A stretch of DNA of 64,000 nt from Patescibacteria group bacterium (lineage in GTDB: Bacteria; Patescibacteriota; WWE3; UBA101185; UBA10185), in NCBI GenBank assembly GCA_049322215.1, contig JBMORU010000001.1:129697-193696 (forward strand). Reading direction: 5' to 3'. Made by a program: the position numbers and the translations under genes. Within the stretch, counting starts at the first letter, position 1, and each line of letters starts with the position of its first letter. Below, in pieces: positions 18,000 to 27,349 of the stretch. Under the pieces are notes generated by a model, which saw only the letters and a list, made by a program, of their open reading frames with translations, was not told the origin of the DNA and did no database searches.

Positions 18000-18043
18000 G
18001 GGCAGTATAAAACATTAATTATTAATCAAGTTTTATACTGCCC
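18000..18043. terminator. perfect 14-bp hairpin between convergent genes
   Basis: GGGCAGTATAAAAC…GTTTTATACTGCCC; the T-run is on the minus-strand side. Confidence 0.6.
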
Positions 18044-18056
18044 ACTAAACACAAAG

Positions 18057-18296
18057 TCACAGGTTTGCCAAAGGGGCAAGCGTATCGCGTAACTCCGCTA
18101 ACTTACCGCCATTGAATACAAACTTGCCATCTTTCTCTTTTACAAGCATACACAATAACGAAAAGGCTACGGTACCTTCTTCGGGAATACCTAAAGCAAA
18201 AAAGTCTTTTGGGGGTATTCCGTCTTCGCCTGCTTCTTTGAGTTTGAGAATCAACCCTAACAGGTTCATTTCTATCTCCTTGCACATAGTGCACAA
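18057..18296 (-). CDS. hypothetical protein (79 aa)
   Basis: ORF only; a hairpin at 18000-18043 with a minus-strand T-run lies downstream. Confidence 0.4.
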   Translation of the reverse strand: MCTMCKEIEMNLLGLILKLKEAGEDGIPPKDFFALGIPEEGTVAFSLLCMLVKEKDGKFVFNGGKLAELRDTLAPLANL

Positions 18297-18375
18297 TTAA
18301 TAGGTTCAGGGGTATATTGGTACCTGAAATATAAAATATTTTGTCGCTGAAAGCAAATTAATAAACAGTCTGTGA

Positions 18376-18413
18376 CCTATAGTGTTTACACGCAAGGAAG
18401 ATTAAAGTATAAT
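18376..18413 (+). promoter_or_regulatory. class A CCCYATAG promoter
   Basis: CCTATAGT-GTTTACA, 17 nt, TATAAT. Confidence 0.65.
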
Positions 18414-18445
18414 ACTCAGACAAATCAACAAAAAGGAGATGTATC

Positions 18446-18628
18446 ATGGAGCTTACAATTACTGCAAATGAGCTTAAACCAAAATACAAAAAACAATGGG
18501 CGACATACAAACTTCACTTGCACAACATAAAGTTTCACATGTTTAACTGGAAAACGCGGTTAGCAATTCGTTTAGTTGGGTCAGCCACTTTTCGTTCAGG
18601 TGACTCTTACGAACGAATTACCCCTTAA
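18446..18628 (+). CDS. hypothetical protein (60 aa)
   Basis: AAAGGAGA SD; promoter at 18376-18413; terminator at 18637-18691. Confidence 0.5.
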   Translation: MELTITANELKPKYKKQWATYKLHLHNIKFHMFNWKTRLAIRLVGSATFRSGDSYERITP

Positions 18629-18636
18629 ACAAATAA

Positions 18637-18691
18637 GACTGTATACATTTGGGTTTTTAAATTCACCTAAATGCATACAGTCATTTTTTTC
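18637..18691 (+). terminator. rho-independent terminator
   Basis: GACTGTATACATTT…AAATGCATACAGTC stem followed by T7. Confidence 0.7.
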
Positions 18692-18692
18692 G

Positions 18693-19277
18693 TTAAAAAA
18701 CGATAATGCTGCAAAGTACCGCAAAAAGCATTGAAAGCAAAAATGCAGCTACAGCAGAAACAGTAGCTCCAAGCCAAAGTTTATAGTACTTACCTGAAGT
18801 TGTTGTGTACTCTCCTGAGTGCAGTTTTTGAGGTACTCGCAAAATGCATACAAAAGAGATAAACATTAAAAGGAAGTATACAAATTCCCCCAATGATTCG
18901 TTAAAGTACCAGGGAACAAACAGGGCAAGAACAAAGAAAACAATGCCCCAAATCAAATTCAACCAATGTACTGTGTAGCTACGTGCCAAAAAAGTTGTGG
19001 CTACAAGCGCTCTTGACTCTATTTCCACACGTTTCCACAGCGCCTTAAGAAAATCTTCGCCTTTTTCTGAAATACGCCATGTTGCGCGTTTTCCTTCGCC
19101 ATTGCGACTAATATATCCAAGTTCGTCTAGCGCAGTGAGCCCTTTATACAAGGTTCCAACCAGTACTCCTTCTCCCCATTTTTGTGACACTTTTACAATA
19201 TCGTATCCCGTTAAGTCAGGATTTTCGTACAATGCCTGTAATATTTGAAACCACAGGTTTTCTTTATCAGTCATCAT
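18693..19277 (-). CDS. PadR-like winged-helix regulator fused to a C-terminal 3-4 TM domain
   Basis: N-terminus 'YDIVKVSQKWGEGVLVGTLYKGLTALDELGYISRNG' fits the PadR wHTH; the C-terminal half is hydrophobic; minus-strand promoter at 19320-19357. Confidence 0.6.
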   Translation of the reverse strand: MMTDKENLWFQILQALYENPDLTGYDIVKVSQKWGEGVLVGTLYKGLTALDELGYISRNGEGKRATWRISEKGEDFLKALWKRVEIESRALVATTFLARSYTVHWLNLIWGIVFFVLALFVPWYFNESLGEFVYFLLMFISFVCILRVPQKLHSGEYTTTSGKYYKLWLGATVSAVAAFLLSMLFAVLCSIIVF

Positions 19278-19319
19278 CTACTCCTTGATGTGCTTTAAAC
19301 TGCTTTTTAAGTTGCAGGA

Positions 19320-19357
19320 ATTTTATCAAATGACACAATAATATTCAAACTATAGGT
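19320..19357 (-). promoter_or_regulatory. class A promoter on the minus strand for the PadR-like gene
   Basis: Reverse complement reads CCTATAGT-TTGAAT, 17 nt, GATAAAAT. Confidence 0.55.
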
Positions 19358-19398
19358 TTACAACAACCCCCAAATTGCAAATTAGGTAGATTCACTTA

Positions 19399-21504
19399 CT
19401 AAAGTACAGCCTCTTCTTTTTCATCTACACTTCGCTTAAAAATATGATCGAGTGGAGATGCTAGGTCGTCGCCTTCTAAAGACCCTTTATATTGATTACC
19501 TTCTAAGCTTTTAATAGCAACGGCATCAACAACTGGAGGTGCTCTATAGGCATTAGGATCAACATCAATAGAAGTATGCGGATAAAATATACCTTCAGGA
19601 ATTCCTATAGTATCGTTTGAACCAGGGAAAGTAGTTGCACCTTCAATTCTTACTGCAAATTCATGTCTTTCATTACCTTCAGTAACGTGCACAAGCAAGT
19701 TTTCCGCAGGATTTGTTAAATCTAAAACGTGAATTCCATCGCGCAGTTCAATACTACTCATATACGGAACTGCTTCTGTTTTACCACTTTTATATACAAC
19801 AGCCTCATAACCACCTATCATTTGTTCTAAATTTGCTACCACTTCTTTACCGTTATCAATTAAATTGGCTTGCGCCTGCATTATTTCTACATTTTGAACA
19901 GGTTTTTTTATAAATTCAGGATTTGTTTCTTGTTCAGTTCTTATACCCCGGAGAGAATCTATTTCAATACGGGTAGCGGCTGTTTTACGCAATGCCTCAA
20001 TAACTCTCATATCAGGTGAACTTTGTGATTCGGGCAAAAATTTACTTATACTTGATTTTTCGTTTTTAACTGAGTTAACAAAAGCAGAGGCTGCTAAAAC
20101 AGATTCCATACCAATTTTGGATTCCTCGTTTACTTCTTCCGGAATGGCAGAATCTAAATGACGTATATTTTCTATATCTTGCATTCTGTGCAACAAAAAC
20201 CATATTTTTTGTTCATTATTAAGATTATTGTAAGACGAAATACGAGCTAACATTTCAGCAGACGATTGCGCACGCCCTTCTTGAAGCCATTGCTTATATT
20301 CAGGATGGCCGTTTAATATAAGTGTTACGCGGTTGTTTACAGCCCCATGCCAAATTTCTGGGGTACTGCCGTCGGGGTTAGGTTTGGCCTCAAACTCTAA
20401 AGCTGTACGTGCTGCATCTTTTAAAGCTTCTTCTGCTAATTGGGCGCCTCCTTTATATACACGTTCGTTTAAAACATGGGGTTCTTCAGACTCGTTCGAA
20501 AAGTCAGCTTCATACAAACCACGAGCAATAACATCTGCTTCATCGTGTATTTCTCTACGCAAAGCTAAACGGGATCTGTTTTCTACAAATAACTGACCTT
20601 GAATAAATTCAGCACTACGGTAGCGTTCTGAAATTGCATTAAAACGTTCGGCAGTTTCTTCTTGTACGCGCACATGTTGTAAACGTTCTATATTGTGCCT
20701 GAATCTAAAATTTATAGCTCTGTTAGATACCTCTTTATACATTCGCCCTCTTAATTCTAATGATGCTGCATAAGCTTGCAGTAAGCGCTTTTCTTCAGCA
20801 TTTTTTGAAGCAGTACTTTCTTCTTCCCGCAACAAAATTTCATCGATTCTTCTAGCGGTTTCAGTACAGGCTTCAGCAAAAAAAGCTAAAGGTCTGGGAT
20901 TTACCTCTTCTAAAGAACCTAAGCCTTCAACATAAAAACGCTCCTTCGTAGCTACATCCAATTCATCTAAATACTTCGCATTGGTAGATAAAGTACCCTC
21001 TGCAAGGTCATAGTAAGAAGAATCATTTATACTAGCTAATACTTTTTCATGAGAACCTAAAATAGTTTGCATTCGCTCGCTATATGGTTCGGTTTCTCCT
21101 AAAAATTTGGCTACAGCAGCAGGCATATTGTCTAAATCGCGCATGGCCTGACTAATTGAAGCACGTAACTTTTGAGGGATATTTTCTACAGCGGCAGCCT
21201 CTCGTTCTACCGAACGCTGAATAGCTTCTTCTAAAGTTAAAGGTTGACCATCGGCATGGTAAGAAAGAGTGTCAAAAGTGTTTTGTTGTGTAAATATTTC
21301 GTTAATTGCTGCAAATCTAGGGTAGTTTTCATCAACTTCATCACCAATTACAAGCTCAGGAGTAATATCGAGCTCTTTAAGTTCTTCAGTAGATATGCCC
21401 ATTTCTCTAACTTTGTCCATTTGATCCGCCAGAGCATCATACAATTCATTAGTTTTTGGAAATTCGTCAATAATACTTTGGACAGCTTCGCTATTTTCGG
21501 GCAT
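19399..21504 (-). CDS. large cytoplasmic hypothetical protein (701 aa)
   Basis: Long uninterrupted ORF with no signal peptide and no domain I recognise. Confidence 0.65.
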   Translation of the reverse strand: MPENSEAVQSIIDEFPKTNELYDALADQMDKVREMGISTEELKELDITPELVIGDEVDENYPRFAAINEIFTQQNTFDTLSYHADGQPLTLEEAIQRSVEREAAAVENIPQKLRASISQAMRDLDNMPAAVAKFLGETEPYSERMQTILGSHEKVLASINDSSYYDLAEGTLSTNAKYLDELDVATKERFYVEGLGSLEEVNPRPLAFFAEACTETARRIDEILLREEESTASKNAEEKRLLQAYAASLELRGRMYKEVSNRAINFRFRHNIERLQHVRVQEETAERFNAISERYRSAEFIQGQLFVENRSRLALRREIHDEADVIARGLYEADFSNESEEPHVLNERVYKGGAQLAEEALKDAARTALEFEAKPNPDGSTPEIWHGAVNNRVTLILNGHPEYKQWLQEGRAQSSAEMLARISSYNNLNNEQKIWFLLHRMQDIENIRHLDSAIPEEVNEESKIGMESVLAASAFVNSVKNEKSSISKFLPESQSSPDMRVIEALRKTAATRIEIDSLRGIRTEQETNPEFIKKPVQNVEIMQAQANLIDNGKEVVANLEQMIGGYEAVVYKSGKTEAVPYMSSIELRDGIHVLDLTNPAENLLVHVTEGNERHEFAVRIEGATTFPGSNDTIGIPEGIFYPHTSIDVDPNAYRAPPVVDAVAIKSLEGNQYKGSLEGDDLASPLDHIFKRSVDEKEEAVL

Positions 21505-21575
21505 AGCTAAATATTAGCATTGTATTTTATACCAAACAAAGCCCTTTAATATAAAACCATCATGTCGCATACATT

Positions 21576-21612
21576 ACTATAGGTTTACAAAAACCACTCT
21601 GTCTATTATAAT
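21576..21612 (+). promoter_or_regulatory. class A promoter (ACTATAGG variant), possibly a shared divergent site
   Basis: ACTATAGG-TTTACA, 17 nt, TATAAT. The palindromic core lies between divergent genes 19399..21504(-) and 21679(+). Confidence 0.55.
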
Positions 21613-21678
21613 TACACCACTCAAATAACCTTTAAGACTGCCACACGGTCTTAATTTAAACCATAAGGAGATAGTGTG

Positions 21679-22101
21679 ATGAAAAATTTAACAGTTGTAA
21701 GAGGAAATTTTGTTACCTCAGATGACCCCGGGTTTAATAAAAACTGGGGCTGGGTAACTTTATCCGAGCTAGAGCGCGTAACCGGGTGGTCTAGAGCAAA
21801 TCTGCTCAGTATTTTTGCTCCCCTTTCTAAGGACTTATCTCTAAAGCCAGAAGTTTTAGTTATAAGGGGTACTGTAAAAATCGGGAGTGCCTCGCTAACG
21901 TGTGAATTAGTTCCTGCAGGTTGGGCTTTACAAGTAAACTATGCCCTCAGTTCAGGAGTAACACATATGCAAGTACTTACTACTGAGGCAGGTATTAAAC
22001 CCGGAGCATATACTTGGAACACTATGGCAGCACCAGGTGGAGGTTACGAAGCACTAGCTTACAACGCACAAAACGAATTAGTGCCATTTTTTAAAAGTTA
22101 A
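21679..22101 (+). CDS. hypothetical protein (about 140 aa)
   Basis: The track start is GTG 21676. The ATG at 21679 sits 7 nt after CATAAGGAGA. Promoter at 21576-21612. Confidence 0.55.
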   Translation: MKNLTVVRGNFVTSDDPGFNKNWGWVTLSELERVTGWSRANLLSIFAPLSKDLSLKPEVLVIRGTVKIGSASLTCELVPAGWALQVNYALSSGVTHMQVLTTEAGIKPGAYTWNTMAAPGGGYEALAYNAQNELVPFFKS

Positions 22102-22121
22102 AGGAGACGCAAGGAGACGCT

Positions 22122-22328
22122 ATGTTATTTAATGAATGGTGGGATGCAGCAAGTCCAAAGCAACGACGCAAGCTGTTGCAAAGAGCAAATTTTTCATTAG
22201 CAACAAGTCGAGATTTGGACCGATGGCAAGCACGCAACTACAGAAATCTCGTTTACGAACCTGGAGGCTTATCGCACAGCGACGTTTACAGAATGGAAAG
22301 CCTGCTGAAACAAGATAACGTCCTCTAA
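22122..22328 (+). CDS. hypothetical protein (68 aa)
   Basis: SD inside a tandem duplicated 'AAGGAGACGC' x2 (22101-22120); terminator at 22335-22380. Confidence 0.45.
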   Translation: MLFNEWWDAASPKQRRKLLQRANFSLATSRDLDRWQARNYRNLVYEPGGLSHSDVYRMESLLKQDNVL

Positions 22329-22334
22329 CCCTTA

Positions 22335-22380
22335 AAGGTCTTAGTGTTATTCAAAAAATAACCCTGAGACCTTTTTTTTA
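22335..22380 (+). terminator. rho-independent terminator
   Basis: AAGGTCTTA…TGAGACCTT stem followed by T8. Confidence 0.7.
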
Positions 22381-22397
22381 CGTGCTAAAATAACAGC

Positions 22398-23273
22398 GTG
22401 AAAACAACATATTTAATAAAACGATCTTTACAACTAGATCTACAGTTTTTATTTACAACAAAACTCCCCTTAAAAGCGTATAAACGACTTTACATAACAA
22501 TTTTAAAATATTTTCAAATTACTCGCGATTTATTAATAAAATCAAAAAAGCTTAAGAGCGTAAGAATACTAGGGCAAAAATATTATTACGATAACTTATT
22601 TGCTATTGGCTTTATTCAATCTTACTTTGTAGATGACTCATTTTTAATTGATATCATTCCAAAAAAGTCTGTAATTGTAGATGTTGGTGCAAATATTGGT
22701 CAATCCAACATTTTTTATTACAAGTTTTTAAAAGCCAAAAAGGTTTATAGCTTTGAACCGATACCCGATGCATATAGAGCCTTAGTAAAAAATTCTCCAA
22801 AACCTAAATATTGCTACAACTTCGCAATTTCAAAAAAGGAGAAAATGGATATTTATATGGCTGCCTATAGCGTAGGAGCTTCTTCAATTAAAGATGGACG
22901 GCTAGCCAAAAGAATTATAAAAGCAAAAACCAAAAGACTAGATGAAATACCCAGCATAAAAAAGGAAAGGCGAATAGGTTTGCTAAAAATCGATGTACAA
23001 GGAGGCGAAATGGATGTAGTAAAAGCCAGCTTAGAAACCATAAAAAAAACCGATTTTTTACTTATAGAAGTGGGTTTAAGCAACGAAAGTCAAAATAACT
23101 TAAGGGAGTTACTTAATTTAGTTGGAGACGATTTTAGAATAATTAAAGTTCCAAAAATTAATGAATTTCATCAATCAATTTTTAGCTGGCAATTAGATAT
23201 TTTATTTATAAATAAAGCAATTTTAAAAGACTTTACTAAAAAACATAAGAATAGTCAGTTTAGCACTTTCTAA
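22398..23273 (+). CDS. FkbM family methyltransferase
   Basis: 'VIVDVGANIGQSNIFY…FEPIPDAYRAL' matches the FkbM SAM-methyltransferase motif. The start is probably GTG. Confidence 0.65.
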   Translation: MKTTYLIKRSLQLDLQFLFTTKLPLKAYKRLYITILKYFQITRDLLIKSKKLKSVRILGQKYYYDNLFAIGFIQSYFVDDSFLIDIIPKKSVIVDVGANIGQSNIFYYKFLKAKKVYSFEPIPDAYRALVKNSPKPKYCYNFAISKKEKMDIYMAAYSVGASSIKDGRLAKRIIKAKTKRLDEIPSIKKERRIGLLKIDVQGGEMDVVKASLETIKKTDFLLIEVGLSNESQNNLRELLNLVGDDFRIIKVPKINEFHQSIFSWQLDILFINKAILKDFTKKHKNSQFSTF

Positions 23274-23279
23274 TTATAA

Positions 23280-23315
23280 CTATAGGTTGTTTAAACACCT
23301 TCCTCCTGATATAAT
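23280..23315 (+). promoter_or_regulatory. class A promoter (ACTATAGG variant)
   Basis: CTATAGG-TTGTTT, about 17 nt, TATAAT. Confidence 0.55.
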
Positions 23316-23346
23316 AACCAAACTTTATACTTAAGGAGACAAATAA

Positions 23347-23892
23347 ATGAGTGCGTCACAAATGCATGTAACAAAAACGCAAGTACTTGCATTGGCACCA
23401 GCAACACGTGAGCTTAAAAAAGTAATAGCAAAGGTTACTGGCTACAATAACAAAGTTGCTAGCATGGCAATTAAAAGCTTGCTGGATCCAAAAACCGCAG
23501 TTAATGCCTGGCAAATGTTTATGGCAGGAGTAAAATTTCACGCAAATACAATTCCTGTAGGAGATAAACGCTTAAGCGATTACCCACAACTCATTGAGGA
23601 TATTTTGGGAAGTAACGGACCTAAGTTTTTTACTTGGCTTATGCTAAACGTTTCTAACGAAGAAATGGTGAGCCAAGCAATAATGCGAAACTTATTTCAC
23701 TTCGTGGAATTTACTTTTCGCATAGGTGGTGGTTTGGATCAAAAAGAACTAAAGCGCATGGAAAAGGAGTTTGAGGCTATGAATGTAACCGGAAACACCG
23801 TGTGGTTGTCCAGAATTTTCAACGGTCTTCAAACATCTTTCATTGAGGCGTACATGATACAAAAATACGGCCCCAAATATCTTTTTAACTAA
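23347..23892 (+). CDS. hypothetical protein (181 aa)
   Basis: TTAAGGAGA SD; promoter at 23280-23315; terminator at 23898-23946. Confidence 0.6.
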   Translation: MSASQMHVTKTQVLALAPATRELKKVIAKVTGYNNKVASMAIKSLLDPKTAVNAWQMFMAGVKFHANTIPVGDKRLSDYPQLIEDILGSNGPKFFTWLMLNVSNEEMVSQAIMRNLFHFVEFTFRIGGGLDQKELKRMEKEFEAMNVTGNTVWLSRIFNGLQTSFIEAYMIQKYGPKYLFN

Positions 23893-23897
23893 ATCTT

Positions 23898-23946
23898 GGC
23901 CATAAAGTGTGTAACTACAAAAATCATACTTTATGGCTATTTTTTG
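23898..23946 (+). terminator. rho-independent terminator
   Basis: GCCATAAAGT…ACTTTATGGC stem followed by T6. It overlaps the stop of the convergent minus-strand gene. Confidence 0.7.
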
Positions 23947-26201
23947 ACTTTAAAAGCAAAAGCAGTTAAGTAAATAATAAAAGCCAACAAATATAAAAAA
24001 CTATATCCAAACCCTACCGCAGCATACTCTAAAACTCCCCCAACAATTGCCCCAAATAAATTAGAAGCCAAAAACATAGAAACTTCATTTGTTTTTTCAA
24101 TTTCTTTAGAAAATGCAATTCCTGAAAAGTACAAAGGCAAAACCAATACTAAACTAACTAAATATTTTCCATATGTAAAACCTAAAGCATTTAAGATGTG
24201 CAAGGGCAACAGAAAACTTAAAACTATAGAAATAAGAAGTGCTAAATAAACTTTATTAATGTCAGTCTTTTTTGCCTTCATTACGGTTAAATTGGCTAAA
24301 TAAGCCATTATTAATACAAACGCAGAAACAATACTTATAGTTAGCCAGGTAGTTCCATAATAGCGGGCAATTTCGGTTATTGCTTTAGTATCAATTAACA
24401 TAAAACCAGCCCCAAGTAAAAAAGCCACCACAGAATAGGAAGTTTTCACAGAAGGAATTATTTTCACCAAAAGCAAAAAGCTAACTAAAACTGTTAAAAT
24501 CAAAAAAGTTAAGGTAGCTACGGGAATTTCCTTTTTACTGTTATAAAAAAACGGCCAATTGTCTGTTGATACATCAACCTTGGAGGCAACTTTTTTAAAG
24601 AAATCAGTTTTATATACTGAGGAAGATGTCGTAGTAAGTTCTGAAGTAATACCAGGACCTGCCAAAAAAGTATAACTGTCATCATAAGAGGTGTTTAACA
24701 CGATTGGAGCTTGGTCTACATATAAATTATCTACCATTGCATAAATACGCCCCCCAATGCTAGAAGACAAAACAGCAAAACTTAAACTAATCACACCATG
24801 TTCTTGATTTAATAAAGATTTAGCTTTATTCAAAGATTCCTGTGTATAAACGTAACTGTCTAAACGAATTCCTCCCTTTCCACTTAGTAAAGTATGCGAA
24901 TCTAACAATCCAAAAACTATCATGTCGTATTCGTTTGTAGTGGTTTCTAAAAAGTTACGTGCATCAGTAATTATTAAATTGACTCTAGGATCCCTGTAAG
25001 GATTATTAGGGTGCATTTTCTTACCTATTTGTGCTATTACGGGATCAATTTCTACTGCGTCTATATGCTTAGCACCTTGTTTTAAGGCAGCTGCCACATC
25101 GTTTCCTGAACCGCTACCTAATATTAAAACCCTATCTAAATTAGGTTTAAGTAAGTAGGGAACATTATAGTAATTTTCAGCTTCTTCCTTTGTAGCTGAA
25201 CCCCCTGTTGCATCAAAGTCAAACATACGTTGAAAGTAAGTTGCATTGGTAGAAATTACGGTGTAATCGTGTTCGTTTGAGTTAATTACTCTAATTGCTT
25301 GGTACGGTGAAAAAATACGTAAAATACTAGGGTCTTTTGGCACGTTAAGCAATAAAATTACAAAGGCTGTTGCCAAAACTGTACCAAATAATAGTTGTTG
25401 ATGTTTATATATAAACGGAATAACCAATACGAGAGCTAATAAAATCCAAACAAAAGAGTCAACCTGCATAAACGAAATTGCAGAAAAAGCAATTATTCCA
25501 CATAAGGACCCTAGTAAGTTTAGGCCATAGCTTTCTAGTGGTTTCTTTTTTTGCATATAGTAAGAAGCTAGTTGCCCAAACGGTATAAATGAAAGTGTGC
25601 TAACTGTGAATAACACGCCAATTAGTACATAAATTGTAGTTACAAGCCCTATATCTTTTACATGATTTGTTGTACCCATACCAAATGAATCAGGCAAAGG
25701 ATTTTGCAAAACTAAATGAAAGGGCGAAGTAGTCATAGATTCCATAAAAAGTATTTGAAGTAAAAACAACCAAAATCCTAAATAAACAAAGGGCTTAATT
25801 TTTTTTGGTAATGCGTAACCTATACCTAAACCCAAAAAAGCTGAAATAAGTGTTAAGTTTTTTAAATAAGAGAAGAGCTGAAAGTATGTAGAATAAAAAC
25901 GAATTATTGCGAGTTCAACAAATATACCCAATGCCACAGATAGTAAAATTGCGCATTTAGTATCAATAGAAATATCAACTATATTGAAGTTTTTTAAGTT
26001 TTTATTTTTTGACGCACTAATAATAGACACAGAGGTCATATAGGCTAAATAAGCCACAGGTAAAAGCAGTGTGGTTTTAACAACAATTAATGTACTTAGG
26101 GTACTAAAGTATGCTATCAAAACAACACTTATACACCAAACTATAAAGAATATAAAACTTGTGTTTAGTTTTCTTTTACGAGAAAACCAATTGCTAAACA
26201 T
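23937..26201 (-). CDS. spermidine synthase-like (aminopropyl/methyl-transferase fold) domain fused to a large polytopic membrane domain
   Basis: 'VLILGSGSGNDVAAALKQGAKHIDAVEIDPVIAQIG…ITDARNFL' is the SpeE-type Rossmann core; more than 14 TM helices flank it. Confidence 0.7.
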   Translation of the reverse strand: MFSNWFSRKRKLNTSFIFFIVWCISVVLIAYFSTLSTLIVVKTTLLLPVAYLAYMTSVSIISASKNKNLKNFNIVDISIDTKCAILLSVALGIFVELAIIRFYSTYFQLFSYLKNLTLISAFLGLGIGYALPKKIKPFVYLGFWLFLLQILFMESMTTSPFHLVLQNPLPDSFGMGTTNHVKDIGLVTTIYVLIGVLFTVSTLSFIPFGQLASYYMQKKKPLESYGLNLLGSLCGIIAFSAISFMQVDSFVWILLALVLVIPFIYKHQQLLFGTVLATAFVILLLNVPKDPSILRIFSPYQAIRVINSNEHDYTVISTNATYFQRMFDFDATGGSATKEEAENYYNVPYLLKPNLDRVLILGSGSGNDVAAALKQGAKHIDAVEIDPVIAQIGKKMHPNNPYRDPRVNLIITDARNFLETTTNEYDMIVFGLLDSHTLLSGKGGIRLDSYVYTQESLNKAKSLLNQEHGVISLSFAVLSSSIGGRIYAMVDNLYVDQAPIVLNTSYDDSYTFLAGPGITSELTTTSSSVYKTDFFKKVASKVDVSTDNWPFFYNSKKEIPVATLTFLILTVLVSFLLLVKIIPSVKTSYSVVAFLLGAGFMLIDTKAITEIARYYGTTWLTISIVSAFVLIMAYLANLTVMKAKKTDINKVYLALLISIVLSFLLPLHILNALGFTYGKYLVSLVLVLPLYFSGIAFSKEIEKTNEVSMFLASNLFGAIVGGVLEYAAVGFGYSFLYLLAFIIYLTAFAFKVKK

Positions 26202-26614
26202 TTAAAAAGTATAAAGGAATAACGTTTATTAGAGAATAAAAAAAGAGCGATAGCTACATTACCCGTCGTTAAGTGCTCCCAAACATAATCCAGTACCGGC
26301 CAAGTGTTCATGGTAGAAAAATCTGACATTAGCCAAAGATTACGTCTTGGAAAAGCTTTGGTATCACGCAAAGTAATGTGAACACCAGAATCATTTTCAG
26401 CAATGCTTACTAACGCAGGCGCTGTAAAAACATTAAGGAATTCATCAAAATTTTTAGCTCTTAATACTGCAACTACTTTTTTTCGGAAATCCAAAATTCG
26501 GTAATTTCCTTCGCTACTAAGTTTCATAACGGCAGCACCTTTACGGTTAATTCCTTCAAAGGTCACTCCGTTCAAACCCTGTAAATAAACCAAAGAAACT
26601 GTTTCTAGTTTCAT
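26165..26614 (-). CDS. hypothetical protein (149 aa)
   Basis: ORF upstream of, and overlapping by 37 nt, the SpeE-like gene on the same strand. Confidence 0.45.
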   Translation of the reverse strand: MKLETVSLVYLQGLNGVTFEGINRKGAAVMKLSSEGNYRILDFRKKVVAVLRAKNFDEFLNVFTAPALVSIAENDSGVHITLRDTKAFPRRNLWLMSDFSTMNTWPVLDYVWEHLTTGNVAIALFLFSNKRYSFILFKCLAIGFLVKEN

Positions 26615-26676
26615 AATGCGAATCTCCTATTTGTGTTAGATACGCAAATCATACACTTTTTTTGTAAAAATTGCAA

Positions 26677-26739
26677 CCTATAGTGTTGGATACCACAGTG
26701 CCCCATAGTGTTTATCTTTTGAATTTTTATTGATATAAT
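26677..26739 (+). promoter_or_regulatory. tandem CCTATAGTG / CCCCATAGTG elements plus -35/-10
   Basis: Two motif copies 24 bp apart. The second is fused to GTTTAT, 17 nt, TATAAT. Confidence 0.6.
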
Positions 26740-26776
26740 CCCTAAAACTCAAATACAACAAATAAAGGAGATGCTC

Positions 26777-27349
26777 ATGTCAAAAAATGGCATTAGAATT
26801 GGTGTTTGGCGGTTTGACTCTGCAAAAGACAGGGAGTCACTACCGCTTGAAAAAGCCAAATGGGAAGGCGCCGCGTTTAGTTTTGAAGATTTGGTTGCAT
26901 TGAGCCAAAATAGGGGCTATTTGGCATATACTCTTGACCGTGCTGGGAATCATCGTATCACTTACTCCGAGGCAGCCGCTCTTTTGGGTGTAAATCCTTG
27001 GTTTAATTTGGCGGTGCAAAGTGGTGCGCTGCAAAAACTAAAACAAATTTACTACAGTCTGATCTTTCCAAGCACCGTAGTAAGTATGACTTTAGAGCAA
27101 TTTAACAACTGGAAACGCGTACAAGACACTTTCTTCAGCAAAGAACACCATTCATTTTTTTATATGGATGGGAAAGGAAACGACTTAGTAGTAGCACGTG
27201 CCCACATAAGTGGTATTCAAAATAATGGGCGTGTGTACATTTGGATTCAAAAAGTTCTTCATCGCGGAATCAATACCCAAATTGCTGCAGATACAACGTT
27301 TGTTGCACACTACAGCAATCTATATCTGCTGAAAAATGAAGAGACTTAA
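26777..27349 (+). CDS. hypothetical protein (about 190 aa)
   Basis: AAAGGAGA SD 6 nt before the ATG at 26777; tandem CCYATAGTG promoter at 26677-26739. Confidence 0.6.
   Translation: MSKNGIRIGVWRFDSAKDRESLPLEKAKWEGAAFSFEDLVALSQNRGYLAYTLDRAGNHRITYSEAAALLGVNPWFNLAVQSGALQKLKQIYYSLIFPSTVVSMTLEQFNNWKRVQDTFFSKEHHSFFYMDGKGNDLVVARAHISGIQNNGRVYIWIQKVLHRGINTQIAADTTFVAHYSNLYLLKNEET

Noticed and set aside
22101-22120. Tandem 10-nt direct repeat AAGGAGACGC-AAGGAGACGC
   Set aside because: This is too short for a repeat element. It is most simply a duplicated SD upstream of 22122, though it could have arisen by slippage.
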